Shown: positions 10,112 through 20,222, counted from the stretch's first letter. The stretch is DNA of 64,000 nt from Candidatus Berkelbacteria bacterium (GCA_037127955.1 JBAXXI010000002.1:8377-72376); one strand, 5' to 3'. Notes: generated from the letters alone by a model not told the origin. Program-made: numbers and translations.

Positions 10112-10411
10112 ATGCCAATTACCAAATCTGCGAAGAAATCATTAAAAGTTTCTCGCGCCAAACAAGCTCAAAATTACATCAAAACTGTTGCTTTAGAAAA
10201 AGCTATTCGTAAAGCCGATGTTAAAACCGTTAGCGAAGCTATTTCTCTAATCGATAAGGGTGCTAAAACTGGTTTAATGCACAAAAATAAAGCAGCCAGA
10301 CTCAAAAGCCAATTAACTAAGAAATTTGGTACACCAAAAGTCGAAGCTAAACCAGTAGTTAAAACTGAAGCTAAAGCTAAGACAGTCAAAAAAGCGGCTG
10401 CTAAGAAATAA
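10112..10411 (+). CDS. rpsT: 30S ribosomal protein S20 with Lys-rich C-terminal extension
   Basis: KSAKKSLK… and GLMHKNKAARLK motifs match S20. Confidence 0.85.
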   Translation: MPITKSAKKSLKVSRAKQAQNYIKTVALEKAIRKADVKTVSEAISLIDKGAKTGLMHKNKAARLKSQLTKKFGTPKVEAKPVVKTEAKAKTVKKAAAKK

Positions 10412-10417
10412 TTCAGT

Positions 10418-10512
10418 ATAAAGTTAAAAGTCCAAAGTTAAAAGTTGCTTGGAATTACTATAAATATGATTTTTTCCATCTACTTTAAACCTTAAACTTT
10501 AAACTTTTAACT
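10418..10512. repeat. heptamer-tandem palindromic element (AAGTTTA/AAGTTAA type) in rpsT-lepB spacer
   Basis: Left arm AAGTTAAAAGTCCAAAGTTAAAAGTTG. AT-rich loop. Right arm ACTTTAAACCTTAAACTTTAAACTTTTAACT is its approximate reverse complement. Confidence 0.7.
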
Positions 10513-10527
10513 GTTTGCTGGAGGGGT

Positions 10528-11109
10528 ATGAATCAAATTCAACAGGCGCTATCACCTAATACCAAACAAAAAATCATGTATGGAACAGGTTGCGCCTATG
10601 AACTCACAAAAGGAATCATTGTTGTGGCAATTGTCATAACCTTGATTCATTTTTTTATTGCCACCATTGCCATTGTCGACGGTATTTCTATGGAACCAAA
10701 TTTTCATACTGGCGATTACTTGATCGTTGATCGCTGGGACTATAATTTTGGTAAACCTGCCCGCGGCGATGCGGTTGTCCTACGCTTTCCTGGTGATCCT
10801 GATCACAAAAAATATATTAAAAGAATTATTGGCCTACCTGGCGAACATATTAAAATTGCTGACGGCCAAGTTTTTATTAACGATAAACTTCTTAACGAAA
10901 CATATATCCCAGGCACGACCGAAACAACTTCACCATCACGGGTAATCGACGAAATAGTCAAGCCTGATGAATATTTTGTCATGGGTGATAATCGTATGAA
11001 TTCCAATGATTCGCGCATCTGGGACACGGCCGGCTCTCGCTTCTTAATCGGTAAGGCCTGGATTGAGGTTTGGCCTAAACCAAAACAAATCGAAAAAGTT
11101 AATTACTAA
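10528..11109 (+). CDS. lepB: signal peptidase I
   Basis: SMEPNF…GDYLIVDRW, KRIIGLPGE and YFVMGDNRMNSNDSR boxes. Confidence 0.9.
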   Translation: MNQIQQALSPNTKQKIMYGTGCAYELTKGIIVVAIVITLIHFFIATIAIVDGISMEPNFHTGDYLIVDRWDYNFGKPARGDAVVLRFPGDPDHKKYIKRIIGLPGEHIKIADGQVFINDKLLNETYIPGTTETTSPSRVIDEIVKPDEYFVMGDNRMNSNDSRIWDTAGSRFLIGKAWIEVWPKPKQIEKVNY

Positions 11110-11174
11110 ATCGATTGCAATTTAATTTAAAATTATCTAGTATAAACTAAGAATACACTTAGGGGGATTTTAAT

Positions 11175-11390
11175 ATGCCAAAACGAGCCTGCAGTTCCTT
11201 TAGGCAAAACGCCATCGGAATTTTAAATCAAAGGCCAAAACCTTTAGAAATCGGCGGACAAGCTAATTCCGCCTATGTCGTTGATCGACTATCTGATCAA
11301 GATAACGATCACTTTCTCGAGTGCAGACCATGCAAAAAATTTGTCATTAATCAGGACAGACCAAACCCTTCCCCAGACAATCCGGCTTAA
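11175..11390 (+). CDS. hypothetical small protein (71 aa)
   Basis: Strong RBS AGGGGGA 7 nt upstream. A terminator lies immediately downstream. Confidence 0.35.
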   Translation: MPKRACSSFRQNAIGILNQRPKPLEIGGQANSAYVVDRLSDQDNDHFLECRPCKKFVINQDRPNPSPDNPA

Positions 11391-11400
11391 GCCGGATTTT

Positions 11401-12927
11401 TTAAACTGTTGGTTCGTGCGATTTATCTAAACTCTCGCCAATATAAGAGATAATTGGAAAAAGTTCACCAGCAAAAGTCTCAAGCGTTACCACCGAGGTA
11501 TCTGATTCATACCAATCTGGTTTGGCATAAGTTTCACTCATAAAACGTTTTGTCCATTCAACTTCAACCCCAAAAACAATCGCGTAAGGCAAAAACAAAT
11601 TATACCTGTCCTCAAGAGTCGAACCACCGTCGATTCTGCCGTTCAATTCCAAATATTTCTTAAATTGCATCCATTGACGCAAGGTTGTGGTACCGACCAC
11701 GCTTCGAGTTGGCATCAAATTAGATAAACCAATAATAACGCTGGCCGTAATCATTTGACCAACCCAGGCAAACAAAAGATATTTTGGTTCAGGTCCCCAA
11801 ATCGCCGTATAAAAAAACCCGGCTAAACTCAAAAACAGTAAACCAATACCGGTAAAACGCCAATAAAGGTGAATCACCATTGGGTTTTGAACAAAATAAC
11901 CACGTTTAGTTGCCTCATTGTAAATATTAAGGTAAACCATGGCGATTTTTTTCGAAAAGATATGGCGACCAATCCTCATCTCCACATCTTGACCAGTACT
12001 TTTGTATTTATCAGGTTCAAAAATCTTTGAAAGTAAAATTCGTTCGAATTCGTTCAATTCCGGTAAAGTTTCTAAGTTTAAGCTTTTACGCTTACCAAAA
12101 GAGAAAGTCCCGTCAGCGTGATGGGTAATAAAAAGATATTTACGTCTAGCTAAATCAATCAAAGTAGCCGCGATTTCGCGCGAACCGACTTTACCGTCCA
12201 TCAAGGCGCCGACAATCGCCGGTGGACTATCGTTTGGCGGTAAATTGACTACTTTTTTACTATTGTAAAAAATTTGATCCTGGCGACGTCTAACCACCAT
12301 AAAAATCAACAAAATTAAGGTGGCTAAAGGTAAAATTATAGCCAAAACTACATAACTTTGAGCCGGAATTTGAGCCAAATAGTAATTAAATTTTTTAGTA
12401 ACAGGCGCATCTAAAACACCAAGTGGCAAATCAGCCACAATTGTAAAAGAAGCTTGAGCATCGATATTAGTTGCTTCATAAACCAAAGTTCTTGAATCCG
12501 CCATGTATTCTTTATGACTTTCCACTCCATGAACTGCATAAACTCGTTGGTTAATTTGTGCTTGCGTCACATCGGCCGGTAAATGCATGACGGCCTTAAA
12601 GTTTCCGATAAAAACACCGGGGGCATCCAACACGATCATGCTAATTTCATACTTATCTGGTAAAATTTTCAAATTTCGAGAATAATTCTTAGTCTCGGTT
12701 AAAACATGACCATCAGACGTCACCGCGATATCTAAAACCTGATCTTCCACCAAACCTTCGTTTGGCACGCTCGCAATTTCAAATGCTGCACTGGTTTTAT
12801 TACTTTGAGAATTTACTAAAAAATAACCGCCACCAAAAACTGCGATTACCATTAAAAACGTAAAAAGTTTACGCCAATAAATACCTGAATTTTTCAGTAA
12901 TTGATTAATTACCTGCCAAGTCGTCAA
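11401..12927 (-). CDS. polytopic membrane protein, DUF2207-like topology
   Basis: N-terminal TM, an extracellular domain, a TM followed by an LPPNDSPPAIVGALMDG segment, and a C-terminal TM cluster. The family assignment is from memory only. Confidence 0.5.
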   Translation of the reverse strand: MTTWQVINQLLKNSGIYWRKLFTFLMVIAVFGGGYFLVNSQSNKTSAAFEIASVPNEGLVEDQVLDIAVTSDGHVLTETKNYSRNLKILPDKYEISMIVLDAPGVFIGNFKAVMHLPADVTQAQINQRVYAVHGVESHKEYMADSRTLVYEATNIDAQASFTIVADLPLGVLDAPVTKKFNYYLAQIPAQSYVVLAIILPLATLILLIFMVVRRRQDQIFYNSKKVVNLPPNDSPPAIVGALMDGKVGSREIAATLIDLARRKYLFITHHADGTFSFGKRKSLNLETLPELNEFERILLSKIFEPDKYKSTGQDVEMRIGRHIFSKKIAMVYLNIYNEATKRGYFVQNPMVIHLYWRFTGIGLLFLSLAGFFYTAIWGPEPKYLLFAWVGQMITASVIIGLSNLMPTRSVVGTTTLRQWMQFKKYLELNGRIDGGSTLEDRYNLFLPYAIVFGVEVEWTKRFMSETYAKPDWYESDTSVVTLETFAGELFPIISYIGESLDKSHEPTV

Positions 12928-12995
12928 ATTCCCTCCTCGACGAACTTTTACTCAATGTAAATATAGTATAGCAGATTCTATTTTTCTTTGCCCAG

Positions 12996-13937
12996 TTAAC
13001 TGGCTAAACTAAGAACTAATAGATCTAAAATGGTTCTCGGCGCCATTTTACCAGTTTTGGCCGCGATATCTTGCTCGAGCAAAAAACCATAGATCTTTTT
13101 GAGCTCAGCTAAATCATATCGCCGTACTAAATTTAGGGTTTTACCCGCCACAAACGGGTGCAGACTGGCCATTTTAGCAATTTCCCACTGCGAATTGATC
13201 CCCCGTTCCACCAAATCTCGCACCACCAACATATTACGAAATTGATAAACAATCATACTTAAAATATAAAGTTCATTTTCACCGTTATCTAAAAGTCTGT
13301 ACAACTCCTTTAAAGACTGGGTTTGCTTCCGGTTAGCCAAGGCATCGATCAAAGTGAAAATATCACTGGTAGTTTGAGCCTGAACCAGTAATTCGATGGT
13401 TTTTGGAGTGATTTTCGGGTTGTAAGTCACTAGTTTTGTAATCTCGTTAGTTAATCGCCATAAATCCGCACCAACAAAAACATAAAGTTTATCAATTCCG
13501 TCATAGTCAATCTCCCCTTTTTGCCTGGCCACTTCTTCACCAATCCACTTCTTAATTCCACCTTCATCAAGAAATTTGAATTCCTGAGCCTGTTTTGGTT
13601 TATTCAGTTTTTTAAATAAACTACCACGTTTATCCGGCACCCCACTTTCAGCAAACACTAAAACTGTTGTGTCCGGCACTTTCAGGATAAATTCACCGAT
13701 TTTTTCTTGCTCTTCTTTTTTACCTTCCAATAATAAGTTTTCTACAATCACCAACCGACTTTTAGCTAAAAACGGAAAAGCCAAAGCCTGACGGATAATA
13801 TCATCAGCCTTAACGGTTTTACCCTCCAAAACGGCCAAATTGGTATCGCCCAAAGAAGCGGAAATGTATTTTTCCTTCATATCTTTGATTTTTTGTTTAA
13901 GGCGATATGTATCTTCGCCAAATAAGAATAGGATCAT
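12996..13937 (-). CDS. holA: DNA polymerase III subunit delta
   Basis: N-terminus MILFLFGEDTYRL… with a central LVF…ESG region typical of HolA; about 310 aa. Confidence 0.75.
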   Translation of the reverse strand: MILFLFGEDTYRLKQKIKDMKEKYISASLGDTNLAVLEGKTVKADDIIRQALAFPFLAKSRLVIVENLLLEGKKEEQEKIGEFILKVPDTTVLVFAESGVPDKRGSLFKKLNKPKQAQEFKFLDEGGIKKWIGEEVARQKGEIDYDGIDKLYVFVGADLWRLTNEITKLVTYNPKITPKTIELLVQAQTTSDIFTLIDALANRKQTQSLKELYRLLDNGENELYILSMIVYQFRNMLVVRDLVERGINSQWEIAKMASLHPFVAGKTLNLVRRYDLAELKKIYGFLLEQDIAAKTGKMAPRTILDLLVLSLAS

Positions 13938-14003
13938 ATTCCGAGTATATATTATCTACAATCAAGTATCTAGTTCTATTTCCTTGGCCGCCAGACCCAT
14001 ATT

Positions 14004-14026
14004 TTTGGGTGTAGGGGTTGACTTTG
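14004..14026. repeat. solo copy of the GGGTGTRGGGGTTGAC motif, again forming a -35 box (TTGACT-17-TAATAT)
   Basis: TTTTGGGTGTAGGGGTTGACT lies upstream of the hotdog gene at 14081. Confidence 0.5.
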
Positions 14027-14080
14027 CCCTGTTTTTATAGTAATATATGGCTATCTTATTGTTCCTTAAAGGAGAAAAAA

Positions 14081-14833
14081 ATGGGTAAATTTCCAGTTGT
14101 AGTTCCGCACGGTCGGGACTGGCATTTTCTCGACGAAGTCGACGAAATTGATGTTACAAATGGTCGCGTCAGAGGTAAATACCACTTTCGCGCCGGTGAG
14201 GCTTGGTTAGCCAGTAATCATTTTGAAAACATGCCAATCATGCCTGGAGTTAGACAACTCAACCTGATAAAAAAGGCTGCCCGCCAAACACTCCAAAATC
14301 CCAATCCGAATCGATTATGTGAAATCGAAAATGTTGTTTTTATCGGTCAAGTCAAACCTGGCGACCAGCTCACGGCAAGTGCTGCGAGCTGCCAGGATTT
14401 CGAAAATGTTAAAGCTTTTTGCACGTTAATGGCAAACGATAAAACGGTCTGTGTAGCTAATTTAACTTTTTCGGGTCAGACAGCTAAAAATAACGAACCG
14501 GTTCTGGTGCCATTTAGCTATTCTGGACAAGAAATCTGGCAATCCGAAAATGGTTTACTTGACCCGGAAATGGTTCTGGAAGCAATGGCTCACAACACTA
14601 TTCAGATTGCCCAGGGCTACCCGGAAATAAAAGATAAACTTTTTCTCTTCCAGGGTATCCAAAAAGCTGAATTCGGCCCAGACATCTATCCATCAACTCT
14701 TCATTTGACCAGTAAAATCTCCTGGAACCAACCTGGCCGGCGCGGTATCGCGCATTGCACAGCCATGGTCGGTCAAGACAAAATGGCCCAGGCTACTATC
14801 GAATTTGCCTGCCTTAATCAGCGCAAAAAATAA
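14081..14833 (+). CDS. FabA/FabZ-like double hotdog-fold dehydratase-family protein
   Basis: HFENMPIMPGVRQLNLIKKAARQ resembles the FabZ HFPGxPVMPGV…Q catalytic motif, and a second hotdog-like half follows. ATG at 14081 lies after AAAGGAG. Confidence 0.55.
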   Translation: MGKFPVVVPHGRDWHFLDEVDEIDVTNGRVRGKYHFRAGEAWLASNHFENMPIMPGVRQLNLIKKAARQTLQNPNPNRLCEIENVVFIGQVKPGDQLTASAASCQDFENVKAFCTLMANDKTVCVANLTFSGQTAKNNEPVLVPFSYSGQEIWQSENGLLDPEMVLEAMAHNTIQIAQGYPEIKDKLFLFQGIQKAEFGPDIYPSTLHLTSKISWNQPGRRGIAHCTAMVGQDKMAQATIEFACLNQRKK

Positions 14834-14838
14834 CTTAC

Positions 14839-14862
14839 AACCACCCTTCGGGGTGGTTTTTT
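14839..14862 (+). terminator. rho-independent terminator
   Basis: AACCACCC-TTCG-GGGTGGTT followed by T5. Confidence 0.75.
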
Positions 14863-15042
14863 AATCTATTTTGTCGCAACAAAGAGATTAACCCACCAAT
14901 AATGAAATCTACTTGCAGATTCATATAATTAGGATACTGCAAGAGATTGAATTATGGTGGGTAAACAACAGTCTTGACTTTTGCCCTTTTAAGGTGTATT
15001 GTTTTTACTATTCAGACTATTTCGAAAAGGGAGGGTAGTACT

Positions 15043-16122
15043 TTGAAAAACTACGCAAAAATCATTGGAATCGGGTCATATGTACCCGAGAGAGTTCTGA
15101 CTAATTCAAATATCGAGCACATGCGACCAGATGGTGTTGAACCAGAAAATTGGACCAACGATGACTGGATTTTTTCCAGAACTGGCATTAAAGAACGCCG
15201 AATCGCTCAACTTCATGAAGGTTCAAGTGACCTGATGGTTAAAGCCGCCCGGCGAGCTTTGCTCGATGCCAACCTGACGATCGATCAAATCGATCTTATT
15301 GTCACTTCGACATCTTTTCCTGACAATGGCTTTAATGTACCTCGAACCGGCGAAATTTTTGGTTCTAAAATCAATGCCAAACCAGAAACGCTCATTATTG
15401 AAGAAAATGCCGCTTGTGCGGGTTCCACCTGGGCACTCGAACGCGCTCGCATGGAAATGATTATTCATAAATATACACATGTTTTAGTTGTTTCCGGCGA
15501 CAAGGTTAGCGCCAGTGTTGATTATGAAGATCGCTCAACCTGTATTTTGTTTGGCGATGGCGCCGGTGCCGTAGTTTTAGAGCGCGGCAATTGTGCCGGT
15601 ATCCTTAAAACCATCCGCCAAAATGACACTCAATATCTTGATAGTATCGAAATCCCCGGCGGCGGCTCAGCTTTACCGATGACTCAAAAACTCCTGGAAC
15701 AACACGCTCAGTTTATGCATATGCCCGGCGGCAAAAATATGATTGAAGTTATGGGTGGGAAAATTCTTCCTCAAATTTACGAAGAAATGAGCAGACAGGT
15801 CTTTAAGATTAAATACGTTATCCCACACCAGGCTAATATTAGAATTATCAATTTGGCTAAAAAGAAAATTGAAAGACAGTTAGCTAAAACTGGTAAAACC
15901 CTGGGAACCATATTTTTTACCGATAATATCGAAATTTATGGCAACACTTCCGGCTCCAGTATTTTTCTGGCGCTCGATACTTTATATCACCAAGGGTTAT
16001 TAGAACCCGGCGATCTGCTTCTTCTGGTCGGCTTTGGGGCCGGCTTCGTTTACGGAGCCAATCTCCTCGTCTGGACCAAAGAAAAATTCAAATCAAAGGA
16101 GGGCCCGTCTATGGGCGATTAA
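15043..16122 (+). CDS. fabH: 3-oxoacyl-ACP synthase III (FabH/KAS III family)
   Basis: Catalytic Cys (NAACAGSTWAL), His (IPHQANIRI) and Asn (YGNTSGSSIFLAL) motifs. TTG start lies 7 nt after AGGGAGG. Confidence 0.82.
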   Translation: MKNYAKIIGIGSYVPERVLTNSNIEHMRPDGVEPENWTNDDWIFSRTGIKERRIAQLHEGSSDLMVKAARRALLDANLTIDQIDLIVTSTSFPDNGFNVPRTGEIFGSKINAKPETLIIEENAACAGSTWALERARMEMIIHKYTHVLVVSGDKVSASVDYEDRSTCILFGDGAGAVVLERGNCAGILKTIRQNDTQYLDSIEIPGGGSALPMTQKLLEQHAQFMHMPGGKNMIEVMGGKILPQIYEEMSRQVFKIKYVIPHQANIRIINLAKKKIERQLAKTGKTLGTIFFTDNIEIYGNTSGSSIFLALDTLYHQGLLEPGDLLLLVGFGAGFVYGANLLVWTKEKFKSKEGPSMGD

Positions 16123-16148
16123 AAAAACACAATACCTATTCACCAAAG

Positions 16149-16175
16149 CAAGCCGCGATGCACACCGCGGCTTTT
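16149..16175. terminator. bidirectional terminator
   Basis: AAGCCGCG-ATGCACAC-CGCGGCTTTTT. Confidence 0.65.
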
Positions 16176-17089
16176 TAAAACAATGTTTGTTGATCGTTAG
16201 TTCTGGTTGAAACTGGCATACGAACTAAAAGTGATTTAAAACCGAGATCTAAAAAGAGTTTTTCCACTTTTGCCTGGTCAAAATCGTGAATACGACTGGT
16301 TTTGAGTTCAAACTCAATCGGCGCGTTTGACACAATTTGTGACAATTTTCGACTTAAAAATGCTTGTTCTTTGTTCTCTATTAATAAGGTTTGTAATTTT
16401 CCTTTTATTTTTTCAATATTTTCATAAATATTTTCTAAATTATTGTATTCCTGAATCAATTTGGCCGCGGTTTTTTCCCCAATTCCTGGTACACCCGGAA
16501 TATTATCAGAAGTATCGCCCTTGAGCGCCTTGAAATCAACAAAATCAGCCGGAGGCAAACCGTAACGGGCTTGGACTTTATTTTCGTCATACATGAGCGC
16601 GTGTTGGGCGCCACGAGCCATGGAATAAACCTTAGTCAAACCATCAACTAACTGAAAAGTATCAGAATCCCCGGTCACAATAATGGCTTCGATATTTTTT
16701 TGAATTTCGCCATTTGATCTTCGGATTTGCGCCACAATCGTGGCAATCACATCTTCCCCTTCATAACCCTCGGCCGAAACAATCGGGATATTCATCGCTT
16801 CCAGAATTTTCTTGCAATACTGAATCTGTGGTACTAAATCGTCGGGCATAGGTTTACGGTGAGCTTTATACTCAACATAATCCTCGTGTCTCTTGGTTTT
16901 CTTGGGTAAATCAAAACAAGCCACCAAGTACTCTGGTTGCAAATCTTTAATCGCGGCCAAAATGGCCGAGGCAAACCCGTAAGCCGCATTAATCGGGTGA
17001 CCATCGCGGGTTAGAGTTGGCGGGATGCCGTAAAACGCTCGGTAAATCAAGGCAAACGAATCAATTAAAACTAATCGGTTTTTTAACAT
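16175..17089 (-). CDS. 5'-3' exonuclease (Pol I N-terminal / FEN-like), stand-alone
   Basis: LVLIDSFALIYRAFYG… with a C-terminal helix-hairpin-helix region; 304 aa. Confidence 0.85.
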   Translation of the reverse strand: MLKNRLVLIDSFALIYRAFYGIPPTLTRDGHPINAAYGFASAILAAIKDLQPEYLVACFDLPKKTKRHEDYVEYKAHRKPMPDDLVPQIQYCKKILEAMNIPIVSAEGYEGEDVIATIVAQIRRSNGEIQKNIEAIIVTGDSDTFQLVDGLTKVYSMARGAQHALMYDENKVQARYGLPPADFVDFKALKGDTSDNIPGVPGIGEKTAAKLIQEYNNLENIYENIEKIKGKLQTLLIENKEQAFLSRKLSQIVSNAPIEFELKTSRIHDFDQAKVEKLFLDLGFKSLLVRMPVSTRTNDQQTLF

Positions 17090-17154
17090 GTTTTGATTGT
17101 AACATAAAATTCATTTTTAAAAGAAATTCTACAACAAGATATAACGCTTATACC

Positions 17155-17182
17155 TTGACAAAAGTCTTTTTTTGTGCTATAC
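17155..17182 (+). promoter_or_regulatory. sigma70-type promoter TTGACAAAAGTC…TATACT
   Basis: TTGACA, 16-17 bp, TATACT. Upstream of the lipoprotein gene. Confidence 0.55.
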
Positions 17183-17273
17183 TATTTAGTTACAAGATTA
17201 GCTATGTCTACTTGTGACCGCCGTGGATTTTCCCGGCAATTGTCTCCCGCTTAGCGGGAAAGGAACCTTAACA

Positions 17274-18179
17274 ATGAAGAATATCTTCAGTCTCGGAATG
17301 GCGCTTATACTGGCGCTTATTCTTACTCTGACCACCGCAGGTTGCGATGGCGGAAACGCAAAAAAATTGTCACCATCAGTGCCAAACTATCAGATTACAG
17401 TTAGTGCTCCCAACGATTCAGCCCAAAAAGTCAATCAGGATTTTGACGGTACCGGCTTTACTGCCTATACCGGACACCTGTATTTCGATTTAATTGTTGC
17501 TGGAACCAGAGGTGGCGCGCCTTCAGCAGATTTCCAATTATGGAAGTCGAGCGAACCGCAAAACTGGAATTCACCGAGCGACGATCTTAAAACCTTTACC
17601 AAGGTTTGTGATCTCGCTTACGAAAACGGCGAACTGCCCAATTATTGGTTCTTCGAACCAGGGCGTTATCTGATTAAGGCGTTTGCACTAAATTCAAAGG
17701 TTGAATACACGCATACACGGTTAACAATTAACAAAAAACCTGTAGTCGTACCAGTGATAGTGACGCCGCACTTGTCAATCAAAATGTCAGCCAGTGCCCC
17801 AAACGAAATCGGCGACAAAACTGTCACCATCGTTGTCAAGAACAATGGCGTAACCGCAGACAACATTACTGTCTCGGTTTTCGACTATTTTGACACCCCT
17901 GGCTCAATCATTGTTTACGCCGGCCAAAATGGCTTACAGGACTGGTTAACCGATTCCGGACCGGTTGAAATCGGCTACGGCATGATTTTCAAACCAGGAA
18001 CGGTCAAAATGACCAAGTCCGGTATGACTAATCCGATCACCGACGATATAATTACCGACGTTTATAACGCTGGTATTATGTCAACCGGTGAAGAGATTAC
18101 TTTCACCTGTATTTACACATTCGACCAAAACGCCCCAGGTAAAGGCATGACCCGGAAGATCAAAAGAATCAAATTATAA
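17274..18179 (+). CDS. putative lipoprotein
   Basis: Signal peptide ending in an LTTAGC lipobox. ATG at 17274 after GGAAAGGAA. Consensus promoter upstream at 17155. Confidence 0.55.
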   Translation: MKNIFSLGMALILALILTLTTAGCDGGNAKKLSPSVPNYQITVSAPNDSAQKVNQDFDGTGFTAYTGHLYFDLIVAGTRGGAPSADFQLWKSSEPQNWNSPSDDLKTFTKVCDLAYENGELPNYWFFEPGRYLIKAFALNSKVEYTHTRLTINKKPVVVPVIVTPHLSIKMSASAPNEIGDKTVTIVVKNNGVTADNITVSVFDYFDTPGSIIVYAGQNGLQDWLTDSGPVEIGYGMIFKPGTVKMTKSGMTNPITDDIITDVYNAGIMSTGEEITFTCIYTFDQNAPGKGMTRKIKRIKL

Positions 18180-18199
18180 TCTTTCATCTTAACCTAACA

Positions 18200-18228
18200 A
18201 AAACCCCAGATTTATTCTGGGGTTTTTA
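18200..18228. terminator. bidirectional terminator
   Basis: AAAACCCCAGA-TTTATT-CTGGGGTTTTT. Confidence 0.75.
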
Positions 18229-18263
18229 AGTATCTAAAAATTTCTACAAACAATAGAACTTTA

Positions 18264-20204
18264 TCACCGGATCCCAATGACATTAGTTAATAGAGCTTGA
18301 GCAGTATAAAGTAAAAGTAAACCTAGGACTACCCCCATCATTAAATCTTTGGCTGTGGTGATATTTTCTTGGTTACCCTGACTGGTCATGTACAAGTAAC
18401 CTGCGTACATAAAAATAGCAATAGCTAGTCCGCTTAAAATTGGTAAACCCCAAACAAAAAACTTGCTAATATAGTCACCAATATTATTAACCCTACCAAA
18501 GTCTGTATCTATATTACCTGTGGTATTTGATTGAGTTACGGGCGCGCCCACCGTTACATTGATTTTCCGAGATGGCGCCGCACCTTGAGCATAAACTTTA
18601 CTAAAAATATTTAAGAAACTTTCTTTCTGATTTTCCTCAATTAAAACTCTAACTTCATACTCGTGTTCACCTTCAGGAACATTTCTATCAATAAAGGTTC
18701 TACTGGCAGTTTCTCCAACCTGTTTTCCATCTCGATAGATTATAAAATTGGCTGGTGCATATAAATCATAAAATTGACCGATATCGATCGTAACATCATA
18801 ATTATTAACCGAGCTATTTACGGCGCCACTACTGTTACTACAATTTATACCGATTGTGGTAATATTCGACGGATTAACAGGATTTCGAGTACTAGCCGAA
18901 ACCGTACCCTCTTGTTTACAGTAATCTGTTTGATCGTTCGATTCGTTTTCATTAAAAACCTTAACCCTAATCAAATGATCGCCAGCACCTGTTCCCGAAG
19001 CAGATGTATTCCAGACATAATCAACAGTTTGATCCTCGCCAGTCAATAAACCGTGTGATTTCTGATAAAAACATTGGCCATTTTCAGGATTAGCGCATTT
19101 AGAACTCTTACTACTAACCCATAAATAATAAGTATAACCTTTTAACTTTTTAAAATTAATTTTTATTGGTGATTTCTGACCAAGTTTAATTTCACTCGGT
19201 GTGGTGATAATAATATCGCGTCCGCTTGATGGTATGACTGGATCGACTACTTTTGTCTGAGTCGGACTTGAAACAGTTTTATCGGGCGAAGTTGACGAAT
19301 CAGAATGAGGCTTACAACTATTTACTCCTGAATCAATATTATTTGGTGTGTTACCCTGCATTGAAACAACTTCTGCGCCAAGGTCACGATTAGTAATACT
19401 TAACAAAATATTCTTACCGCTTGGACAAGCCTGACGATACTCACTAGTAATTTTAGGAATATTAATACTTTGACCTGACTCACCAATAAAAACCTTCCTT
19501 GACAACCACTGAGTACCACTAAAAACCGTATTTGTCCCCTCTACTGGCAGATTCTCTCGACCCAACTGATCAATCGATGTAACAAATTTAACTTCATGAT
19601 TAGTATTTTTCCTGATTTTTGCTGCAAAAGGTTCAGTTTCAAAACTTTTACCGCTACCAGAAACTTTAAATATTAAAGAATTATCCTTTGGCACAGTTAA
19701 AGTCATAGTGACGGTTTCACCACTATGCCATTGAAAAGCTGGTGAAATAGGCGCCATATTCAAGCCGCTAGCTTCTGTTCTCCAGTAAGGACGAAAAACT
19801 ATCTGAGTTTGACTCGTATTGCCATTTTCGTCTTTACCAAGTTCCCATTCTAAACCAACATCTGATTCTTGTCCGTTAACATCTTTTATACCAAAATAAA
19901 TATCTGGATTATCCTTGGACTTACAATAATTATTAGAGGAATAAGTAACAGTCTGAAAACGATTATCATCAGGCTTAACACTGCCTAAAACAACGGTCGC
20001 CTCAATACCGGTAAAATTCCCCCGACTAGTATTTTTTAAATAATAAGCACCAGGAAAACAAGATTTTGAACTAACCATATTGTTAAGCTCATCCGCCGAG
20101 GAAAAAGGATTGCCTAAAACAAAAAACAAGATAATTAAAAAAACAATTATGATCAATGAGTACAACCAATATTTTTTGGCTTTAAATAGATTTCTTAATT
20201 TCAA
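18264..20204 (-). CDS. large surface protein with N-terminal TM and C-terminal VirB2/TrbC-pilin-like double-TM domain
   Basis: N-terminal anchor helix and roughly 550 aa of Ser/Thr/Asn-rich ectodomain. The C-terminal 70 aa has two hydrophobic helices separated by a short polar loop (…VWGLPILSGLAIAIFMYAGYLYMTSQGNQENITTAKDLMMGVVLGLLLLYTAQALL…). Confidence 0.55.
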   Translation of the reverse strand: MKLRNLFKAKKYWLYSLIIIVFLIILFFVLGNPFSSADELNNMVSSKSCFPGAYYLKNTSRGNFTGIEATVVLGSVKPDDNRFQTVTYSSNNYCKSKDNPDIYFGIKDVNGQESDVGLEWELGKDENGNTSQTQIVFRPYWRTEASGLNMAPISPAFQWHSGETVTMTLTVPKDNSLIFKVSGSGKSFETEPFAAKIRKNTNHEVKFVTSIDQLGRENLPVEGTNTVFSGTQWLSRKVFIGESGQSINIPKITSEYRQACPSGKNILLSITNRDLGAEVVSMQGNTPNNIDSGVNSCKPHSDSSTSPDKTVSSPTQTKVVDPVIPSSGRDIIITTPSEIKLGQKSPIKINFKKLKGYTYYLWVSSKSSKCANPENGQCFYQKSHGLLTGEDQTVDYVWNTSASGTGAGDHLIRVKVFNENESNDQTDYCKQEGTVSASTRNPVNPSNITTIGINCSNSSGAVNSSVNNYDVTIDIGQFYDLYAPANFIIYRDGKQVGETASRTFIDRNVPEGEHEYEVRVLIEENQKESFLNIFSKVYAQGAAPSRKINVTVGAPVTQSNTTGNIDTDFGRVNNIGDYISKFFVWGLPILSGLAIAIFMYAGYLYMTSQGNQENITTAKDLMMGVVLGLLLLYTAQALLTNVIGIR

Positions 20205-20222
20205 AATCCCTCCTTAAATTAT

